49,727 bases of DNA, filler included, from Actinomycetota bacterium (GCA_025963875.1; 3 parts of 3 records of this genome joined end to end with filler, not necessarily neighbours in it); one strand, 5' to 3'. Numbered from the whole stretch's first letter, positions 26,323 through 35,798 are shown. Numbers and translations: made by a program. The notes: generated by a model from the sequence alone, not told the origin.

Positions 26323-27174
26323 ATGCCCGAACTGCCCGAGGTCGAGGTGATCCGCCGCGACCTGGAAAAGGAGGTCGTCGGCCGGGAGATCCGCTCGGTC
26401 GAGGTCCGCAACACCAAGAACGCCATGCGCGTCATCCGTCGCCACCGGCGCCGGCGTGACCTCGAGGATCCGCTCGCCGGGGCGACGGTCACGGCGGTCG
26501 ACCGGCGGGGCAAGTACCTCGTCTTCCACCTCCATGCCGATGCCGACCTCGCCCTCGTCGTCCACCTCGGGATGTCGGGCCAGCTCCTGCAGAGCGCCGC
26601 CGGCGCGGGCTACGAGAACCACACGCACGTGGTGTTGGACCTCGTCGGCGGTGGCCAGCTCCGCTTCGTCGACCCCCGCACGTTCGGCGAGATGTTCGTG
26701 ACCACGACGGGGGAGGACGGCGAGGTCAAGGAGCTCCGCCGCCTGGGGCTCGATCCCCTGGAGGACCAACTCACCTGGCAGCACTTCTCGAAGTTCCTTT
26801 CCGACCACAAGATGAAGCTCAAGTCGCTGTTGATGGACCAGCGGTTCGTGGCCGGGATCGGCAACATCTACTCGGACGAGATCCTCTACCTCGCCGGCCT
26901 CCACCCGAGCCGGGCGTGCGACACGCTGTCGGACACCGAGGTCCGCCGCCTCTACCGGGCTATGCAGGAGGTGCTGCAGGAGGCGATCCGCCACCGGGGC
27001 ACCTCCGCGGACGACGAGCAGTACCGCGATCTCTACGGGGCGGCGGGGGACCATCGCAGCTTCCTGCAGGTCTACCAGCGGGAGGGCCAGCCCTGCCGGC
27101 GGTGCCGGACGGCCATCGAGCGTGGCAGGTGGTCGAACCGCTCGACATATTTCTGCCCCAAGTGCCAGGTCTAG
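26323..27174 (+). CDS. mutM: Formamidopyrimidine-DNA glycosylase
   Basis: N-terminal PELPEVE, RRGKYL, HLGMSG, DPRTFG, GIGNIY, C4 zinc finger. Confidence 0.97.
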   Translation: MPELPEVEVIRRDLEKEVVGREIRSVEVRNTKNAMRVIRRHRRRRDLEDPLAGATVTAVDRRGKYLVFHLHADADLALVVHLGMSGQLLQSAAGAGYENHTHVVLDLVGGGQLRFVDPRTFGEMFVTTTGEDGEVKELRRLGLDPLEDQLTWQHFSKFLSDHKMKLKSLLMDQRFVAGIGNIYSDEILYLAGLHPSRACDTLSDTEVRRLYRAMQEVLQEAIRHRGTSADDEQYRDLYGAAGDHRSFLQVYQREGQPCRRCRTAIERGRWSNRSTYFCPKCQV

Positions 27175-27206
27175 TCGTCGATCCGGGGGCGGCCCCGGAA
27201 ACCGGT

Positions 27207-27818
27207 GTGCCCGTCCTCCTCACCCACGGCGCCGGCGGGGACGTGCACGGGGCCGGGCTGACGGCGCTGGCGGAGGGCCTCGCCGCGCTCGGCCACACGG
27301 TGGTGCGGTTCAACCTTCCCTACCGGGAGGCGGGTCGCTCCTCGCCCCCGCCGGCCGAGAAGAGCGTGCCGGGGTACCGCGAGGGCTACGAAGCCGCCCG
27401 GCAGGCGGTTGGCGGCTCGCAGCCGTGGGCCGTCGGGGGCAAGTCCTACGGGGGCCGGGTGGCGTCACTGGCCGTGGCGGAAGGCATGGAGGTTGCGGCC
27501 CTCGTCTTCTACGGCTACCCGCTGCACCCGCCGGGCAAGCCGGAATCGCTCCGGGTGGCCCACTGGCCATCGATCACAGTCCCGTGCCTGTTCCTGGAGG
27601 GCACCGACGACCCGTTCTGCAACCTCGACCTGCTCCGCGAGCACCTCCCGTCGCTCGGAGGCCCGGCGACGCTGCACGTGGTGGAGGGCGGGGACCATTC
27701 CCTGCAGGTGCGGGCATCGAAGTCCGCCGACGGCAAGCCCCGCAGCCAGGCCCGGGTGATGGCGGACCTGGCGCCGGTCGTTTCGGCATGGTTGGAGAGC
27801 GTTGCCGTGCGAACTTAG
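27207..27818 (+). CDS. Alpha/beta hydrolase family protein
   Basis: HGAGG, GGKSYGGR nucleophile elbow, GYPLHPPGK, GTDDPF, GGDHS; start approximate. Confidence 0.88.
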   Translation: MPVLLTHGAGGDVHGAGLTALAEGLAALGHTVVRFNLPYREAGRSSPPPAEKSVPGYREGYEAARQAVGGSQPWAVGGKSYGGRVASLAVAEGMEVAALVFYGYPLHPPGKPESLRVAHWPSITVPCLFLEGTDDPFCNLDLLREHLPSLGGPATLHVVEGGDHSLQVRASKSADGKPRSQARVMADLAPVVSAWLESVAVRT

Positions 27819-27857
27819 GAGCCTAGCGCGCGTATACGCGCGATATACTCCCAGGTT
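27809..27857 (+). repeat. 49-bp REP-like palindrome, overlapping the hydrolase stop codon
   Basis: GCGAACTTAGGAGCCTAGCGCGCGTATACGCGCGATATACTCCCAGGTT aligns ungapped with the family. Confidence 0.8.
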
Positions 27858-27898
27858 CTACGACAAGGCAAGGCCAAGGCCCGGGCAGGCGGCCGGGG

Positions 27899-28688
27899 TC
27901 AGGCGCCGTACTTGATCAGGCGGCCGGCCCCCGCCAGCATCAGGCCCATCAGTTCCTTGCCGAGGATCGACCCGTAGCCCCCCGTCAGGCCCACCTCCTC
28001 GTCGAAGACCTCGACCCCGTCGACGCCCACCCGCGGCCCCCACAGCACGAACGGCACCGGGTGCCACGAGTGGGAGCGGAGCTGGCTCGGGGTCGCGTGG
28101 TCGCCGGTGACGCAGATGACGTCGGGGTTGAGGCTGACGATGTCGGGGATGACGGCGTCGATCTCCTCGATGGCGGCGACCTTGCGGTCGAAGTCGCCGT
28201 CCTCGCCGGCGGAGTCCGCCTTCTTGTGGTGGAAGTAGAAGAAGTCGTGCTCGGCCCATGCCGCCTTGAGGGCCTCCAGCTCCTCCGGCACGCCGCCGAC
28301 CACCGTCGTCACGTCCATGCCGAGGATGCGCGCGATGCCGGTGTACATCGGGTAGATGGCGACCCCCTGGGCCCGGAGCGAGTAGCGAGCCGGGAACAGC
28401 GGCAGCTCCCGCAGCGTGTCGAAGCCCCGCAGCAGCAGGAAGTTGGCCTTCTCGTCCTCGAGGACCACCGCCACCTGCGCCAGGATGTCCGAGAGGTAGG
28501 CAGCGGTGTCCGCACCCTCCGGTCCGGTGGCGGTAGGTGGCTTCGGCGGGAGGCCCGTCACCTGCGGGTCCGTGTCGAGCAGGTGCGGCGACAGCCCCTC
28601 GCCCCGCAGCACGAGGAGCGCGCGGTGCTCGCGCTCGGTCTCCAGGAAGACCTCGACGCCCTCGGGAGGCTGCAGCCACGCCAGGATC
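27899..28688 (-). CDS. apgM: 2,3-BPG-independent phosphoglycerate mutase, ApgM type (5'-truncated by contig end)
   Basis: ANFLLLRG, KKADSAGEDG, TGDHATP, HSWHPVP, FDE motifs. Confidence 0.88.
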
Positions 28689-28788
28689 NNNNNNNNNNNN
28701 NNNNNNNNNNNNNNNNNNNNNNNNNNNNNNNNTTAATTAATTAANNNNNNNNNNNNNNNNNNNNNNNNNNNNNNNNNNNNNNNNNNNN
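28689..28788. other. Artificial contig-joining spacer
   Basis: 100 nt of N with central TTAATTAATTAA (stops in all frames); genes truncated on both sides. Confidence 0.97.
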
Positions 28789-28896
28789 GGCGACCGCCCG
28801 GATCTTGCCCTGCCCGCGCCCGACGAAGGTGACGATGCGATCGGCCTCGCCGAGGCGCATCGTGCGAAGGACCACGGCCTCGTCCTTGTAGAGCAT
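28789..28896 (-). CDS. recO: DNA repair protein RecO, N-terminal fragment (truncated by contig end)
   Basis: [24 protein letters not shown]....GKIRAVA. Confidence 0.92.
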
Positions 28897-29187
28897 GGGG
28901 GGATCACTATAGGAGTGGCTCTGCCCGAGCTCCCGGATTCGGAGGGCCACCGAGGTCAGTAGGTTTTCCCGCGCATACGAGGCTGTCGCAGAATTACCCC
29001 AAAAGGGCGTCCGTGGCCTGCGTACGGCGCGTTGGCGGCCCGAATTACTCCGTTTCCGACGGGCTTTCGGCCTCCTCGCGGCGCGCAACTCCTGATGTTT
29101 GCACCAAATACTGCGGATAGTGCGGTTTTTGGTTCAATCTGGTCCCTCACGTCGCACAAGCCCGAGCCTTGATGCCCCGGCCCGGGT

Positions 29188-29236
29188 CCGAAGTTGGGAG
29201 CAGATCGCGCTCATGCGCGCGCCAGGCTCCCAACCT
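29188..29236 (+). repeat. 49-bp REP-like palindrome within a cluster of decayed units (28950-29340)
   Basis: 44/49 identical to 11862-11910 on another contig; downstream CTCCGGCCCC..TGGC also shared. Confidence 0.9.
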
Positions 29237-29344
29237 TTCTCCGGCCCCCCTGGCCGGCACGGAAGTCAGAGAAGCCGTGTCCCAGGAATCCGGCTCGCCA
29301 TTTGCAACAAGCTGCTGAGCGGGCAGTATTCGACACCTGGCGGC

Positions 29345-30160
29345 TCACCCTGAGGGCACGAAACCGGCTGCGGTGAGGATGGCCCGCCCGGCCTCCGAGC
29401 GCACGAACTGCACGAAGGCGCCGGCAGACGCCGCGTTGGGAGCGTTCCGGAGCACCGCGATGCGATAGGTCTCGTCGACACCGTTCCCGGCAGGGAGCGC
29501 CACGCCCGTTACCCCCGACCCGCCGGCCACCACGTCGCTATGGAACGCGATGCCAGCGTCGGCATTGCCGGACAGGACGGTGGTCATAAGGAGGGCCACG
29601 GCGGGAACGGTGGATTTCGGGTTCACCCTCACCCCGGCGAGAGCCAGCGCCGCTATCGCGTCCCTGCCGGCTAGGAGGGCTGGGTCCGCCAGGACGACCG
29701 TCACCCCCGGCCTCGCCAGGTCGGCGAGTCCCTGGATCCCTTTCGGGTTCCCCACCGGGACCACGATCTCCAGCTCGTTGCGGGCAAACGTCTGCACCGT
29801 GGCGCTCACGACCGCTCCCGCCGTCACGAGGGCCGCCATCGGGTCGGTCTCCGTGGCGAAGACGTCCCCCTGCGTACCGGCCTGCACGGCGGTGGCGAGC
29901 GCCTGAGACCCCTGGTACGTGGCGGTGAGGGTCACGCCGGGATGGGCAGCGGCGAACTGCGTGGCGAGCTGGTCGAAGGCGGGCCTGAGCTGGGTGGAGG
30001 CGAGGAGCACGACGGTCCCTGCGGAGACCGCGGAGGCCGAAGGGCTCGGAGCCGGGTGGGCCGCCTTGTGGGCGCTGGTGCATCCCCCGAGCAGGGCCCC
30101 GAGCAGGGCCCCCACCAGGACGCGGCGCAGGGGCACGGCGACGGGTCGGACGAGCTTCAC
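29345..30160 (-). CDS. ModA-like oxyanion ABC substrate-binding lipoprotein
   Basis: Lipobox LLGGC, GSQAL, FARNEL.IVVP.GNP.GI..L.DL, G.ADAGI...SD motifs; no modB/modC adjacent. Confidence 0.82.
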   Translation of the reverse strand: MKLVRPVAVPLRRVLVGALLGALLGGCTSAHKAAHPAPSPSASAVSAGTVVLLASTQLRPAFDQLATQFAAAHPGVTLTATYQGSQALATAVQAGTQGDVFATETDPMAALVTAGAVVSATVQTFARNELEIVVPVGNPKGIQGLADLARPGVTVVLADPALLAGRDAIAALALAGVRVNPKSTVPAVALLMTTVLSGNADAGIAFHSDVVAGGSGVTGVALPAGNGVDETYRIAVLRNAPNAASAGAFVQFVRSEAGRAILTAAGFVPSG

Positions 30161-30238
30161 GGGAGGATCCTGCCACGATCGCGCCCCCGCGGGCGCGCGT
30201 CCGGGGAGGAGGGCCGGGCCGGAGGTTACGATTGGCCA

Positions 30239-31546
30239 ATGTTCGTCGATGAAGCGCGGGTGCAGGTGACGGCGGGGCGGGGCGGTGACGGCTCCGTCTC
30301 CTTCCACCGCGAGAAGTACCAGCCACGCGGCGGTCCCGACGGCGGCAACGGCGGTCGAGGTGGCTCGGTGGTGTTCGTGGCGGGCGACGGCGTCGGCTCC
30401 TTGTCGTGGCTCAAGGACCATCCCCACCAGAAGACGCACGACGGCAAGCCGGGCGCGAGCAACAACCGCAGCGGCGCCGACGCCGACGACCTGATCCTGG
30501 CGGTCCCGGCGGGCACCGTGGTGCGCGACGAGGATGGCCACGTGCTGGCCGACCTCCCAAGCCCGGGTGACCGCTACGTCGCCGCCAAGGGCGGGCGGGG
30601 GGGGCGGGGCAATGCCGCCTTCCTCTCGGACTCCCGGCGTGCGCCCGGTTTCGGTGAACTCGGCGAGCCGGGGGAGTCGCGGTGGGTCCGCCTCGAGCTG
30701 CGCCTCATCGCCGAGGTCGCGGTCATCGGCCTCCCGAACGCCGGGAAGTCGACCCTGGTCGGGGCACTCTCGGCGGCTCGGCCCAAGGTGGCCGCCTACC
30801 CGTTCACGACCCTCGAGCCGACCCTCGGAAGAGTGGAGAACATGCCGTCCGGCGACTCCCTCGGCGGCGCGATGTTCACAATCTGCGACATCCCCGGCCT
30901 GATCGAAGGGGCACACGAGGGGCGGGGCCTCGGGCTGGGGTTCCTTCGTCACGCCGAGCGCGCCCTGGCATTCGTGCACCTCGTGGACCTGACTGCGGAC
31001 GGGGACCCCCTCGCCGCCTACCGACTCGTTCGCCACGAGGTCACCGCCTACCGCCCGGCGATGGGCGATCGCCCCGAGGTGGTGGTCCTGAACAAGGTGG
31101 ACGCGGTCGATCCTTCGGTGCTCGACCAGGCAACCCGAAGCTTCGCCGACGCCGGCGTGAGCACCCTGGCCATCTCGGCCTCGGCGGGCACCGGGCTCGA
31201 CGCCCTCGTCGGCCGGCTCGTCGAGGTACTCGCCGCAGCGCGGGAGGCGGCGATGAGCCGCAGCGGCTTCGAGCTCTTCCGGACCGAGCGCAGGGGGCTG
31301 TCGGTGGGCAGGGACGAGGACGGCGCCTGGCGGGTGACCGGCGGGTCGGTGGAGCGCTGGGTGGCGATGTGCGACCTCGGCAATCCCCAGGCGGTCGCCT
31401 ACCTCCAGGAGCGCCTCGACCGGGCCGGCGTCGAGCAGCTCCTGTCGGGGGCCGGGGCGACCCCCGGCGACGAGGTCCGTATCGGCGAGAAGGCTTTCGA
31501 GTGGTGGCCCTCGACCGGCCGGCAGAGCGAGGGGCGGCGGGCGTGA
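30239..31546 (+). CDS. obgE: GTPase ObgE/CgtA
   Basis: MFVDEA..G.GGDG, GGPDGGNGG, GLPNAGKST, YPFTT, DIPG, NKVD, C-terminal DUF1967-like domain. Confidence 0.97.
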   Translation: MFVDEARVQVTAGRGGDGSVSFHREKYQPRGGPDGGNGGRGGSVVFVAGDGVGSLSWLKDHPHQKTHDGKPGASNNRSGADADDLILAVPAGTVVRDEDGHVLADLPSPGDRYVAAKGGRGGRGNAAFLSDSRRAPGFGELGEPGESRWVRLELRLIAEVAVIGLPNAGKSTLVGALSAARPKVAAYPFTTLEPTLGRVENMPSGDSLGGAMFTICDIPGLIEGAHEGRGLGLGFLRHAERALAFVHLVDLTADGDPLAAYRLVRHEVTAYRPAMGDRPEVVVLNKVDAVDPSVLDQATRSFADAGVSTLAISASAGTGLDALVGRLVEVLAAAREAAMSRSGFELFRTERRGLSVGRDEDGAWRVTGGSVERWVAMCDLGNPQAVAYLQERLDRAGVEQLLSGAGATPGDEVRIGEKAFEWWPSTGRQSEGRRA

Positions 31547-32667
31547 CCAAGGCCGTCGACGCCGAGGCACCCCTGCCCGCCGCATCCGCCCGACGCCCGG
31601 CGGAGGCGAAGCGGGTCGTCGTCAAGCTTGGGACGTCCAGTCTGACGTCCGACGACGGCATGCCCGATCGCCAACGGCTGCAACGGATCACCGAGCAGGT
31701 GCTCTCGCTTCACCGCAAGGGCGTGCAGATCGTCATCGTCTCCTCGGGTGCGATCGCGGCCGGGATGTCCGCACTCGGCCTGGAGCGGCGGCCCGCCGAC
31801 ATGCCCACCCTGCAAGCGACGGCGGCGGTCGGTCAGCGCCGGCTCATGGACCTCTGGGCCGACCTTCTGGAGGGCGAAGGGCCCCCGGTGGCGCAGGTGC
31901 TGCTGACCCAGCACGACATCGTCCAGCGGAGCCACTACGTGAACGCACGCAACACCCTGGAACGCCTGCTGGAGCTCGGTGCGATCCCGATCGTGAACGA
32001 GAACGACACGGTCGCCGTCGAGGAGATCCGCTACGGCGACAATGACCGCATCGCCGCCCTGGTGGCCAACATCGTCCGGGCCGACCTCCTGGTCCTGCTG
32101 TCCGACGTGGAAGGGGTGTTCACCTCCCATCCGAGCACCCCCGGGGCGAGCCTGCTCACGACCGTCGAGGAGATCACGCCAGACCTGCTCCGCTCCGCGG
32201 CCCGCGGCCGCTCGGCGCTCGGTTCCGGGGGTATGGCCTCCAAACTCGAGGCGGTCCGTATCGCGAGCCTCTCGGGGGTGGCGGTGGTCATCGCCTTCGG
32301 GGACCGCCCCGGAGCCCTGATCGATGTCTGGCAGGGCCAGGACGTGGGAACATATTTTCCAGCCAGCCGGCCCCGGCAGGCGGCTCGCAAGCTGTGGATT
32401 GCGTGGGCGCCGACCGCCCGGGGACGCATCGTCGTCGATGAGGGCGCCCGCCGTGCGGTCTCGCATGGCAACAAGAGCCTGCTCGCCGCCGGCGTGCGGG
32501 CGGTGGAAGGGAGCTTCAAGGCCGGCGACGCCGTCGAGGTCGTGGGTCCGGAAGGGGAGCTGGTAGCAAAAGGGCTGGTGGCCTTCGACTCCGACCTCCT
32601 TGCGGAGATCATCGGAACGAAGGGCGGACGGGAGGTCATCCACCGGGACCAGCTCGTTGTCCTGTAG
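31543..32667 (+). CDS. proB: Glutamate 5-kinase with PUA domain
   Basis: VVKLGTSSL, VSSGA, AAVGQ, NENDTV, GDND, GSGGMASK, SLLAAGV; GTGA overlap with obgE. Confidence 0.96.
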   Translation: MTKAVDAEAPLPAASARRPAEAKRVVVKLGTSSLTSDDGMPDRQRLQRITEQVLSLHRKGVQIVIVSSGAIAAGMSALGLERRPADMPTLQATAAVGQRRLMDLWADLLEGEGPPVAQVLLTQHDIVQRSHYVNARNTLERLLELGAIPIVNENDTVAVEEIRYGDNDRIAALVANIVRADLLVLLSDVEGVFTSHPSTPGASLLTTVEEITPDLLRSAARGRSALGSGGMASKLEAVRIASLSGVAVVIAFGDRPGALIDVWQGQDVGTYFPASRPRQAARKLWIAWAPTARGRIVVDEGARRAVSHGNKSLLAAGVRAVEGSFKAGDAVEVVGPEGELVAKGLVAFDSDLLAEIIGTKGGREVIHRDQLVVL

Positions 32668-32720
32668 GACAAACCGGCCGGGCGGCCACCCGGCGCACCC
32701 GCACCAGCAGGAGAAGAACC

Positions 32721-34172
32721 GTGACGTTGAAGGTCCCTGACAACCAGACCATCGTGATCTTCGGGGCTACGGGCGACCTTACTGGCCGCAAGCTGTTGCC
32801 GGCCCTCTACAACCTGTTCGTGCAGTCGCTCCTTCCCCAGGACTTCGCCGTGGTCGGCTACAGCCGCACCGAGATGTCCACCGACGAGTTCCGGGAGCAC
32901 CAGGCTGCCAACGTCGCCAAGTACAGCCGTACCGGCCTCGACCCCGAGGCCTGGGAGCGGTTCGCCGCCCACCTGGACTACATGGCCGGAGGCTTCGAGC
33001 CGGAGGCGGCGATGCACCCTCTCGCGCAGCATCTGGAGGAGGTCGATGCTGCCATCCGCGGTGGGGGCCGGCGGATGTTCTACTGCGCGGTGCCGCCGTC
33101 GCTGTTCCCGAAGATTGCCACCCGCCTCGGTGAGGAGGGTCTCAACCTGGGCGGCCGCATCGTCATGGAGAAGCCCTTCGGCTTCGACCTGGCCAGCGCC
33201 AGGGAGCTGAACCGGCAGCTGCACGAGGTCTTCGATGAGAACCAGATCTACCGGATCGACCACTACCTCGGGAAGGAAACCGTCCAGAACATCCTGGTGC
33301 TGCGCTTCGCCAACGGCATGTTCGAGCCCATCTGGAACCGCCGCTACGTGAAGCAGGTGCAGATCGACGTGGCCGAGGAGCTCGGCATCGAGGGCCGGGG
33401 CAAGTTCTACGAGGAGGCGGGGGCGATGCGCGACATCGTCCAGAACCACGTCATGCAGCTCCTCGCCTTCGTGACCATGGAACCGCCGGCCCGCTTCGAC
33501 GCCGAGTCGATCCGCGACGAGAAGGTGAAGCTCTTGCGCTCCGTGCCCCCGGTGCGCCGGCGCGAGCGCGACCTGGTGCGGGGTCAGTACGTCGCAGGCG
33601 TGGTGCGGGGGGTCCTGGTGCCCGGGTACCGGGAGGAGATCGACGTGGATCCGGAGTCCATCACCGAGACCTTCGTGGCGATCCGGCTGCGGGTGGAGAA
33701 CTGGCGGTGGGCGGGCGTTCCGATCGTCGTGCGGACCGGCAAGCGTCTCGCCCGCTCTGCCACCCAGATCACGATCTCGTTTGCCGCAGCCCCCCACCTG
33801 CTGTTCGAGGAGTCCGGCCTCGACCTGCCCGGGCCGAACAACCTCTGCATCCGCGTGCAGCCCAACGAGGGCATCTCGCTCAGCTTCGACGCCAAGGAGC
33901 CCGGCCCGGAGATGAGGATCGGCCAGGTCCAGATGGACTTCGAGTACGAGAAGTCGTTCATGACCAAGCCGGCGGAGGCATACGAGCGGCTCCTCCACGA
34001 CGTGATGGTCGAGGACCACACCCTTTTCATGCGAGCCGACGAGATCGAGCGTGCCTGGGAGATCGTCGAACCGGTGCTGGAGCGCCTCCCCCCGGACCCG
34101 TACTTCGCCGGGAGCTGGGGGCCGGAGCGAGCCAAGGAGCTGGTCTCGCCGTACCAATGGCACCTCCGCTGA
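32721..34172 (+). CDS. zwf: Glucose-6-phosphate 1-dehydrogenase
   Basis: GATGDL, EKPFG, RIDHYLGKE, DIVQNH, RWAGVP..RTGK; AGGAG RBS. Confidence 0.97.
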   Translation: MTLKVPDNQTIVIFGATGDLTGRKLLPALYNLFVQSLLPQDFAVVGYSRTEMSTDEFREHQAANVAKYSRTGLDPEAWERFAAHLDYMAGGFEPEAAMHPLAQHLEEVDAAIRGGGRRMFYCAVPPSLFPKIATRLGEEGLNLGGRIVMEKPFGFDLASARELNRQLHEVFDENQIYRIDHYLGKETVQNILVLRFANGMFEPIWNRRYVKQVQIDVAEELGIEGRGKFYEEAGAMRDIVQNHVMQLLAFVTMEPPARFDAESIRDEKVKLLRSVPPVRRRERDLVRGQYVAGVVRGVLVPGYREEIDVDPESITETFVAIRLRVENWRWAGVPIVVRTGKRLARSATQITISFAAAPHLLFEESGLDLPGPNNLCIRVQPNEGISLSFDAKEPGPEMRIGQVQMDFEYEKSFMTKPAEAYERLLHDVMVEDHTLFMRADEIERAWEIVEPVLERLPPDPYFAGSWGPERAKELVSPYQWHLR

Positions 34173-34182
34173 AGGGGTAAGG

Positions 34183-34231
34183 CCGAACTCAGTCCGGAAT
34201 CGCGCGTATCTGCGCGAAAAGCGACTGACCT
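34183..34231 (+). repeat. 49-bp REP-like palindrome between convergent zwf and DUF192
   Basis: CCGAACTCAGTCCGGAATCGCGCGTATCTGCGCGAAAAGCGACTGACCT; arms TCAGTC/GACTGA replace TTGGGA/TCCCAA. Confidence 0.82.
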
Positions 34232-34250
34232 CGGGTCAGGGGGCGGAAGT

Positions 34251-34739
34251 TCAGCGGGTCAGCGTGACCGTGTCGCCGGGGTGGATGCCCTTGGCGGCCA
34301 GGAGCCCTGCGTTCATCTCCACCGAGCCGACGTAGGTCGCCCCCGGGTCGTACAGGTGGCAGGGGTCGGCTTTGCACGGGGTCATCGTGAGGGTGGTGAC
34401 GACCCGGCCCCGGCCGTCCCAGAAGGCGATGTCCAGCGGGATCAGGGTGTCCTTCATCCAGAACGGCGTCGAGGTCGACGGGTGGAACAGAAACGCCATG
34501 CCCACCTGGTCCGGCATCTGCTTCACGTTCATGAGCCCCGTCTGCTGGGACTGGGCCGTCTCGGCGATCTGGACGTGCAGCGACAGCTCCGGGCCGCCTG
34601 GGCCGGCGATCGTCAGGTTGCCCTGCGGCAGGTCGAGGGAGGGGTTTGGCACGGGGCCTGTCGCGCTCCGGGCATGCGCACACGCAGCCAGAGCCAGAAC
34701 CGTCAGCAGGACGAGGACTCGCTTGTTGACAAAAATCAC
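34251..34739 (-). CDS. DUF192 family lipoprotein
   Basis: Lipobox LAAC; IAET...GLM, GMAFLF, FWMKDTLIPLDIAF, VEMNAG. Confidence 0.92.
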   Translation of the reverse strand: MIFVNKRVLVLLTVLALAACAHARSATGPVPNPSLDLPQGNLTIAGPGGPELSLHVQIAETAQSQQTGLMNVKQMPDQVGMAFLFHPSTSTPFWMKDTLIPLDIAFWDGRGRVVTTLTMTPCKADPCHLYDPGATYVGSVEMNAGLLAAKGIHPGDTVTLTR

Positions 34740-34808
34740 TAGAATCCCAGTACTTTACTTTTGTAACAGGTAGGGTTCGCGGTGAGGGTCGACCCGAGAG
34801 GTAAGCCC

Positions 34809-34979
34809 ATGTTGAAGAAGGTACTGGTTCTTGCAGCGGTTGCCTTCGTCGTCTACTACGTCCTGCACAACCCGCAGGTCGCCGGGCACACGATGCACGT
34901 CGCCGGCAAGAACGCGTGGCACGGCCTGAAGGGCGTCGCGGCGTCGCTGGCGAAGTTCATCAACACGCTCGTCTCGTGA
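34809..34979 (+). CDS. Small membrane protein
   Basis: MLKKVLVLAAVAFVVYYVLHNP.. one TM plus amphipathic tail, directly upstream of the PH-domain gene. Confidence 0.7.
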   Translation: MLKKVLVLAAVAFVVYYVLHNPQVAGHTMHVAGKNAWHGLKGVAASLAKFINTLVS

Positions 34980-34998
34980 CCGCCGGGCGGTAGGATCG

Positions 34999-35502
34999 AT
35001 GCTCCCACCCCCGGGCTCGCGTCGCAGCGACATCGAGAAGTACCTCGCTCGCGGAGAGCAGGTCGTCTACGTCCTCCGCCGGCACACCGTGGTGCTCGAG
35101 GCTGCGATCGGGATCTGGCTCGCTGCCGTCGCGGCGGGCGTCGGCTTCGGGGTGCTGGCGACCCACGAGCCCCACTGGCACCTCGGCGTGATCGGCGGCT
35201 GGATCGTCCTGGCGGGGGCCGGCTTCCTGACGTGGAAGACGGGAGGTTGGTGGATCACGCGCTACGTCATCACCGACGAGCGGGTCATGCTCATCGAGGG
35301 CCTCGTCTCCCGCCGGGTGCGGGCGGTACCGCTCTCGAAGGTCACCCACACCGACTACCGCCGCACACTGTCGGGACGGCTCCTGGGCTACGGCACGATC
35401 AGCCTCGACTCGGCCGGGACCCACGACGGTCTGCGGGAACTCACGTCCATACCCAAGCCCGACCAGGTCTACCGGCTCGTCATGTCGCTGGTGTCCGGCG
35501 GC
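34999..35502 (+). CDS. Bacterial PH domain (bPH_2) membrane protein, 3'-truncated
   Basis: YL..GE.V....RRH, two TMs, YVITDERV...GLVSR...PLSKV, GRLLGYGT. Confidence 0.85.
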
Positions 35503-35602
35503 NNNNNNNNNNNNNNNNNNNNNNNNNNNNNNNNNNNNNNNNNNNNTTAATTAATTAANNNNNNNNNNNNNNNNNNNNNNNNNNNNNNNNNNNNNNNNNN
35601 NN
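35503..35602. other. Artificial contig-joining spacer
   Basis: 100 nt of N with central TTAATTAATTAA. Confidence 0.97.
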
Positions 35603-35798
35603 AATATACGTAGAAGCATCTCGTCGTTGGTGATGTTCGGGGAGCCGGGGGGCTCAATAATCGAACCGCCGTTGACTCATCACAACAGTCCGATTTTCTC
35701 ACCGTAGTTTCCAAACTCCCCCGGCGAGCAAACATCGACGCCGCTGACTGCGCGTCCATACAGCCGGTAACAACGTGCACCGGGGGGTAGCCGTGGCA

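Noticed and set aside
28733..28744. TTAATTAATTAA motif (also 35547-35558) as a biological site
   Set aside because: Embedded in N runs; a standard all-frame-stop linker for concatenating contigs. Cross-gap gene neighbourhoods were therefore ignored.
35603..35798. c-di-GMP-I riboswitch upstream of the giant gene (GCAAAC...GACGC)
   Set aside because: The stem with GNRA tetraloop between these motifs and the following P3 are missing; the match is too short.
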